A stretch of 58,159 nucleotides of DNA, the filler included, from Sluysia triapertura (lineage: Eukaryota), in assembly GCA_046118255.1 (NCBI GenBank). It is 4 parts of 4 records of this genome, joined end to end, with 100 filler letters (N's around TTAATTAATTAA, not from the genome) between each part and the next. Parts side by side here need not be neighbours in the genome. Positions count along the whole stretch, not along the records: positions 47,202 to 58,159 come from JBJNIA010190852.1; 3 more parts are not named here. One strand, given 5' to 3'. The notes beneath the pieces are model-generated. The model was not told the origin of the DNA. It searched no databases and saw only the letters and a list, made by a program, of their open reading frames with translations. Of the stretch, positions 51,701 through 58,159 are shown piece after piece (position 1 is the stretch's first letter; each line of letters opens with the position of its first letter). A program made the translations under genes and the position numbers.

Positions 51701-54700
51701 AAAATCGTGCAAGAGGTTGAAGTGTCTCTTTTAGAGTCTCAATTATGTATCAAAGAAATAGATGGACTAAAATCTATTTCTAATTTTTCAAACTTTTTTG
51801 TAAAAATATATTCAAAATATATAATATCATACTTTAAAGCAAAAATTTATTTTAATAACTTTAAAAAAATTAAAATGGAGGATATTCTACTTACCTATAA
51901 TATTCAAAATATTCCAAATAAGCTTTGATATTTATATGATCCTTATTTTTATGAGTTTTTACAGCTGCAAATAACTCCTTATATATTGTTTTTTTGAGTA
52001 CGACAATTTAGCCAACTATTTTCATTATATTTAATAATGTTTTATTTCGTCATGTTAAAAAATTTATTCTTTAATAATATTTAAATTTTAATCTTATTCA
52101 ATTTATTTTTAACTTTAGAAAGTCACTTTTCTTCACTGTTGGTTAATCATTTTCCATATAATTTTGGCTTTATTTATTTGTTATTTTCCTTCTTTTATTT
52201 GTATGTAAATAACAGTGCATACTTGTATTGTGAATCATGCTTGTAAATAACAGTGCAGTGCATACTGACTATAACATAGTTATTATTATTGATAACACTA
52301 TTATGCGATTTGTGTATTATTGATTATTTGAATTATTATTGATTTTGGAATTATTACAATTATTGTAATTATTTTTAAAATTTAATATCTGTTTTTAAAT
52401 GTAAATATTATATTTAAATTTAATTTAATATTTTTATTTGTTTGAATATAATATTTAAATTTAAAAAAGCCAAGGTCGATCTGAAACTAATACAAATAGT
52501 TACACATTTTCACATGAAATACACCAAAAAAATTTTTAACAAATACGGAATTCGTACGGATCTCTCAATTCTTAATACAGAGGCACGGCGTCCTGCATTG
52601 TTTCAAATCGACTTCAACCAATCTTCGCTTTTCAGATACTTTAATTTAAATTTTGTAACGTTAGTTTATTTTAATTTAAGGCTCGATACTAACACAGTAT
52701 CCCCGTCAAATCCACTAAAATCAATTGTGTAAATTATTTCTAAAAAGATCTTATAATAGATCTTACGTAAAATCTTTATTAAAATTTTATTAGTTCAGGA
52801 ATTAAAACTAAATCCTCGTAATATATTTATTTTATTTTTTTCATATATAACAGTATATAAACTAGCAATTGTATAATAAAATTTTCAAGAAGTTATTCCT
52901 TCATTATTGAATAGTTTCAACTATAAAATCTTTAGTAGAGTAACTATTTCAACGATTAGAATTTAACTCTAATCACGTAAAATCATTTTTATAGGATCTT
53001 CGTATAATAATCTGTAAATTATTTCTATTTTTTCAGTTAATAACATATTTATAAATTTAACATTTTTTTGCATTAACTTTTATTAAAATACCTCCAGCAT
53101 TAATCTACTAAATTAACAGTAAGCCAAGAACTACGCACATTTTAGACAGTTTTTCTAACCTTCACTTGAAAATTTTTGATCTACAAATCCAACGGCTAGC
53201 CCTAACTGGTAAGCCTAGTACGTTGGTGGACTCACGTTAAAATCCTACTTTATTCTATCTTATCTCTATCTTATTCCCACAATATCTTCTAACTTTCTAC
53301 CAATCACGAATAAATACATTGTAAGATAAAAGTATTTATTTTAATGAATTAAACCATTAGTCGATTAGCAATTAAAGCAAGTTAGGGGATATCAAGAGGA
53401 ATAAATCAGAATAAGTCAGACGCTCACAAATCGTATACTGTAACCGGGTCATGCTAAAATTTATTTACCGAAGGTTAAGAATTAAGAAAACCACAAGAGA
53501 GAGGTATAGTGTTTAGATAATTGGTTAATTATCGTGCTTGTAGACAAGACATGTCTATTCCTTGGAGTCGGTTTTATGCTGAGCAATTTTATTAATAAAA
53601 TGTGAACATAAACTTTCGTCGAATTTCTTTCTTCATATTATTAAGATCCTATGGCTTCTGTGAGGTTAAATAGTTTGAAAAATTATTATACCGGCCATCA
53701 CGTTGATGATATTCAAGTTCAGAAATTATCAGATTCTGAATTCATTAATGAAGAACCAATATTGAGTAATTTATACGTGTTTATAAAACATATATCGAAG
53801 ACAACGATAAGCACATATATCATGTAATGATGCTGCAAACATAGTGTTTAATTTCATAAAAACTAGTGTTACAAACTTTAGTTTTAATGTTTATCATTTA
53901 GAAATGTATAATAAAGCATGGAAGAAAGATGTAAATAGTCATGTGAATATGGTTCTCTATTATTAATGTTACTAATGATTTTAGCGAATAGAGATTATTC
54001 CAAGTATACATGTTTAACACTTATTGTAGGAGATAAAAAATCAATTTTTTGTTTAACTAAAATGAGAAATTATAGTTTTATATTTGTAATGTTATAATGT
54101 TGTGATGTTAATGTTTTGATGTAATGTTTTAATAATTATGCAATTTAATTTAATTTAGATTAATCAAAATATAAGTAAGTAGTTATCATAAAATTATTAA
54201 AAAGTATTTATTATTATTATTATCATTAAAAAGTATTATATAATTATTAAAAGTATTATTAGTAAAAATAATATTATTAGTATTATACAATTATTTTATT
54301 AAAAGTAATATTATTAGTACAAAAATTATTATTATTTTATCTAGTATACAAAATTAATATATTTTAAAATATTAAAAGTCATATGACCTTATAAGAAATT
54401 TGAATATAAATAGCGTTTAAAAAGCGCTTAATCACACAATTTACTTAACACATTGATTGAAAATTGATTTAATTCTGTAAAGGTGATTCTCGAGATTTTG
54501 ATTTTCAGTTTTGGAAAAACTTGAAGACAAAGAAGACTTATATCATTACATTTATCCATTCACAGTTTATTGCTGAAAAGACATTAAACCTTAACTTGTT
54601 ATTAGTAAGAAAAATAATTTAAAACAAAATTCATAAACTATACGTAAAATTTGATACTGGCAACTATCATTATTCAGTTCCGTACCATTTCGATCTTATG

Positions 54701-55059
54701 CCACAATTTCACGAATATGTGTCGACAACAATATTTCATCCTTTCATAATGGAATCCAAATCGTACACCTACGCTCAGAATTAATAGCCTGTGTAAAACC
54801 TTTCAAATTTTATGATTCATCACTATGATATCATAAAACTATACAACCCATTAGAAAGTTACACTTTATTTTTAAGTTATCGTGAATTTAACACTACTTG
54901 TTTTAGTTTAATACTATTTAAAGCAAGTATTATTTTATACCAAACTTTAAGTTATCAGTCATTAAGATTCGGATTTTGAGTAAAGTTGAGACCTACATTA
55001 TACTAACTTATTGGTCAAACTTTAGATTATACAACTTTTTTGTACTAATAACTCGTAAA

Positions 55060-55500
55060 TAGGGTTTCAAATACCGGACCAAAAATTCAATACCGGGATA
55101 CCGGTTTTAATATCGGTATTAGATATTATTAAAAAAATCCAAGCCTTACAGAGGTTTTGCGTTTAATTTGCTGATTTTTAATGAAAAATAAAATGTTATA
55201 AACAATTTTTACATATTTTAAATAATAACAATAAAAAGAAAAATATTAAACTGCAATCGATCTTTTTATTTCTTTAAATCACGAAAAAATTGTTGTACAT
55301 TCAGGGTAATTATTGCATATTTTTAAAATGTGATCTTAGAAAACAACGCATCAACTTTATTGTCATTAAGCCTGGAGCATAGTTTAGTACAAAAATTACC
55401 AGCAGTGGAAAAAGCTCTTTCAGCCTCTAGACTAGTTGGAGGAATAGTTAACAATGCACGATATACCTTTTCTAAATATTTACCTCTAAATCCCTAATGT
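55060..55500 (-). mobile_element. hAT transposon 3' end with a transposase dimerisation-domain remnant
   Basis: Terminus TAGGGTTTCAAATACCGG with ATACCG subterminal repeats. Minus-strand peptide YLEKVYRALLTIPPTSLEAERAFSTAGNFCTKLCSRLND (about 55340-55480) fits the hAT C-terminal motif. Confidence 0.85.
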
Positions 55501-58159
55501 AAAAACAAGTCTACTCTCTGGATGGTTGTCGATGTATCTGATCTAGGAATTGCAGTTGGACTTGTATATATTTTGTTAATAATCGCTAATTCTTACAAAA
55601 ATAATTGTTGAAGAGAATTTATACGTAAAATGAGAAAAAAGAAAGATAATTAAAAAAATTAGAGAAGAGAGAAATTGTGAGAGAGATTTAACGAAGTTGA
55701 AGGTGTTGAGCGAAATTTCATTTAACGTATTACTAAATTTGAATTTAAAATATAATTTTAATGGTTTTTGATATGATTAATGATTTTAATGTTGAAGAAT
55801 TGAGAACTTAAAATGTGTTGAAATGTCTAAAATTTTAATGTTTTTGAAGGAATAAGTTATGAAATGTGGTTTTTACATCTTGTAATTTTTAGCATTTTTA
55901 AATGTAAACTTATTAAGTCACTTATAATATTGATATGTTTATGTAACATTTGCATACAAATAAAATGTATGATGTAATCACTGTGATAATATTCATAGAT
56001 GATGCTAACGTTAAAATATATTGTTCAAAAGGAATCATAAATCATTTCAGAATATAATTCAACAAATTTATTTACAAAATGATTAATCAACAATCTTGTC
56101 AATCTTTAATTAGCTACTCTCAATATTTAATGATCCCTTCATTGTCAATCCCTTGTTACTGAATTAATTGTTGTTGATTATCTGAATTATTTTTGTGCTT
56201 GTGGCTCGTTAAATTCGCCTAATATAATACTTTATTAGTATTGTCTTAGGCATTTAAGCATGCCCTGATTTAATAAAATTTTGTTGTGTATGCGTCCAGC
56301 GTAAATTTATTATTGTTGGGAGGGAAATTTGGGTAAATTGATAAGTAGAGTTTGTAAAGAATGATACTATTACTATCTACTAAAATTTGGATAATCGAAA
56401 AAAATAACAAACAAAACAAATAATTAATTAATAATCGTTACGTTAGCAGAATTAATCGAGGTTTAAGAGTTTACAATTTATAAATCAAACATTTCGCTGG
56501 CGATAATTCTTCAATTTCAAATTTCACTGAATTTTGGGATTCACGCTAATAAAATAATTGCTAATGCTGTTGCTGCTGAGAACTTATCTCTTTATTTTTA
56601 CTTCAGATTCATATAAATGTTGCCTCTCTAATTGAATTAGTAACAATAACTTAATTTAGCTCGGAAATCTCAATAAATTTAATAGTTTATCAAATCAAAT
56701 GCAAATTATCGCAATTAGTTTCTATTTTAACAATGATACTTATTAAAATCAAAAGATACAATTTCAAATATCTTCAATCTAAATATATTTAGTAAATAAC
56801 CAAAAGAATTATTGGCTACCAGTAAGTCAAAGAATTAGATAATAATTAACAAAAAGTTGTAGCAGCAAAGGGTGACGCAACACAAAATGCAAGGATAATT
56901 CTAACAGTCTATATGAAATGTAGTGTAATGCCTTCTGATTGAATACTTGAAAGTAGTTTATAAAATATAATGCTCTAATTGAATGCTTGAAAATAAAAAT
57001 GTTACACTCTAATCGAATTTTTAAAAATAATGATGATTAGTCTTCTTTCTTATTAACTATTAATTGTAATTTTTTCACTGTTCTATACGAAATTGAGTAC
57101 AATAAACCATTGTTAAAATCTATGTTAGTTATCAATGAATGAACACTAAGTTTAGCTGTTTCTTTATTAAATTTTCGATTATGTGATATTTTATTTAATT
57201 GATATTTGCACTTTTAACAATGCAACCAATACTTTCATTTTTCAGTCCATATAAAAGCCCCTATTTTGCATCTAGTTTGTTTTACCATCTACAATTAACT
57301 TTGTTTCATTTATTTTAGAATTATCGCTATTTTTATTACTGAAGATTATAAATTCTGATTTTCTCTTCTTCATTGATTATTTTCAAGTATTTATTTCCAA
57401 ACCATTTCATCAATTGAGATACTAGTTCTTTTGTTCTTTGAATAGTATTTTCTATGTTGTTCATTTCAATTCTGTATCTATTTGCACATTATCATCATGT
57501 ACATGGTAATATTATTATTAAAAATATTATTCAACCACCATTTAGACTTATTTTTAATTCTACATTCGAAGTAATAGTTTCATTTTGATTTATAAATTGC
57601 TCAATTTCTTTCTTTGATTGATCATTGTGATGGTCGAGTTTTAAAAATTGAACTATGGTTAATAGTAAAAAAATATTTAAATTAAACACAATTGGTTTAC
57701 TGTAATGGGACTTAAGGTCCGCTCGAATTGTTATGTCATAAAATCGAAAAATAGGCTTAAGGCCTGAGATTAATTCATTAAATGAAAAATGCTAGTATTT
57801 TTTTATACCTAACAAATCATCCGAAAGGTCGGTTCGCCTAATATATACGTTTTACACCAAACTTGGAGACGTATTATTAGGTTTTTTGAAATATTAAAAC
57901 TTAACGTGAAACTCCAATAAAGTCACTAGTTCGAATTACTATACTTAATATTTAATGTTTAACTCACTCAACTATATTCACACTTAATCAAATAATTTAA
58001 TGGAATTAGATAAAACTTGACTCGACTTTTTGATTTTAATCAGGTTTCACAACCCTTTTATTAAGGTGTTGTTGGATAAAAGTAAATTACACAACTCCCT
58101 TAATGAGATGTTGTATGAAAAAGGTTATTTTAATATTTTACACAACCCTTCTTTAAATT

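Noticed and set aside
48485-52732. Hydrophobic ORFs as membrane or mitochondrial genes (numt)
   Set aside because: No conserved respiratory-chain motifs; T-rich composition explains the hydrophobicity.

Overview
Very AT-rich eukaryotic (animal) genomic DNA, made of four contigs joined by artificial 100-bp linkers (44 N + TTAATTAATTAA + 44 N). The aldolase sequence and tiny introns suggest a flatworm or other spiralian, but this is inference. Only one intact host gene is supportable: a 4-exon class I fructose-bisphosphate aldolase (minus strand, 46236..44727, 362 aa, introns of 40, 36 and 345 nt). The rest is largely decayed mobile DNA: hAT/Buster, Tc1, mariner and piggyBac-type elements, Maverick/Polinton-type DNA polymerase B relics, L2-like LINE tails, LTR relics, a decayed KDM4/JMJD2 copy and a MAPK fragment. 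Two systems stand out. (1) A miniature LTR element (TRIM) whose LTR contains a tRNA-like cloverleaf: one complete LTR-PBS-PPT-LTR copy with a 4-bp TSD, plus solo LTRs. (2) A multi-copy, kb-scale unclassified element with a shared boundary motif, a strand-skewed leader and a double-hairpin/CCAAT cassette, followed by variable ORF cargo. Most ORFs in the supplied track are spurious. All homology calls come from manual translation and motif recall, not database searches.
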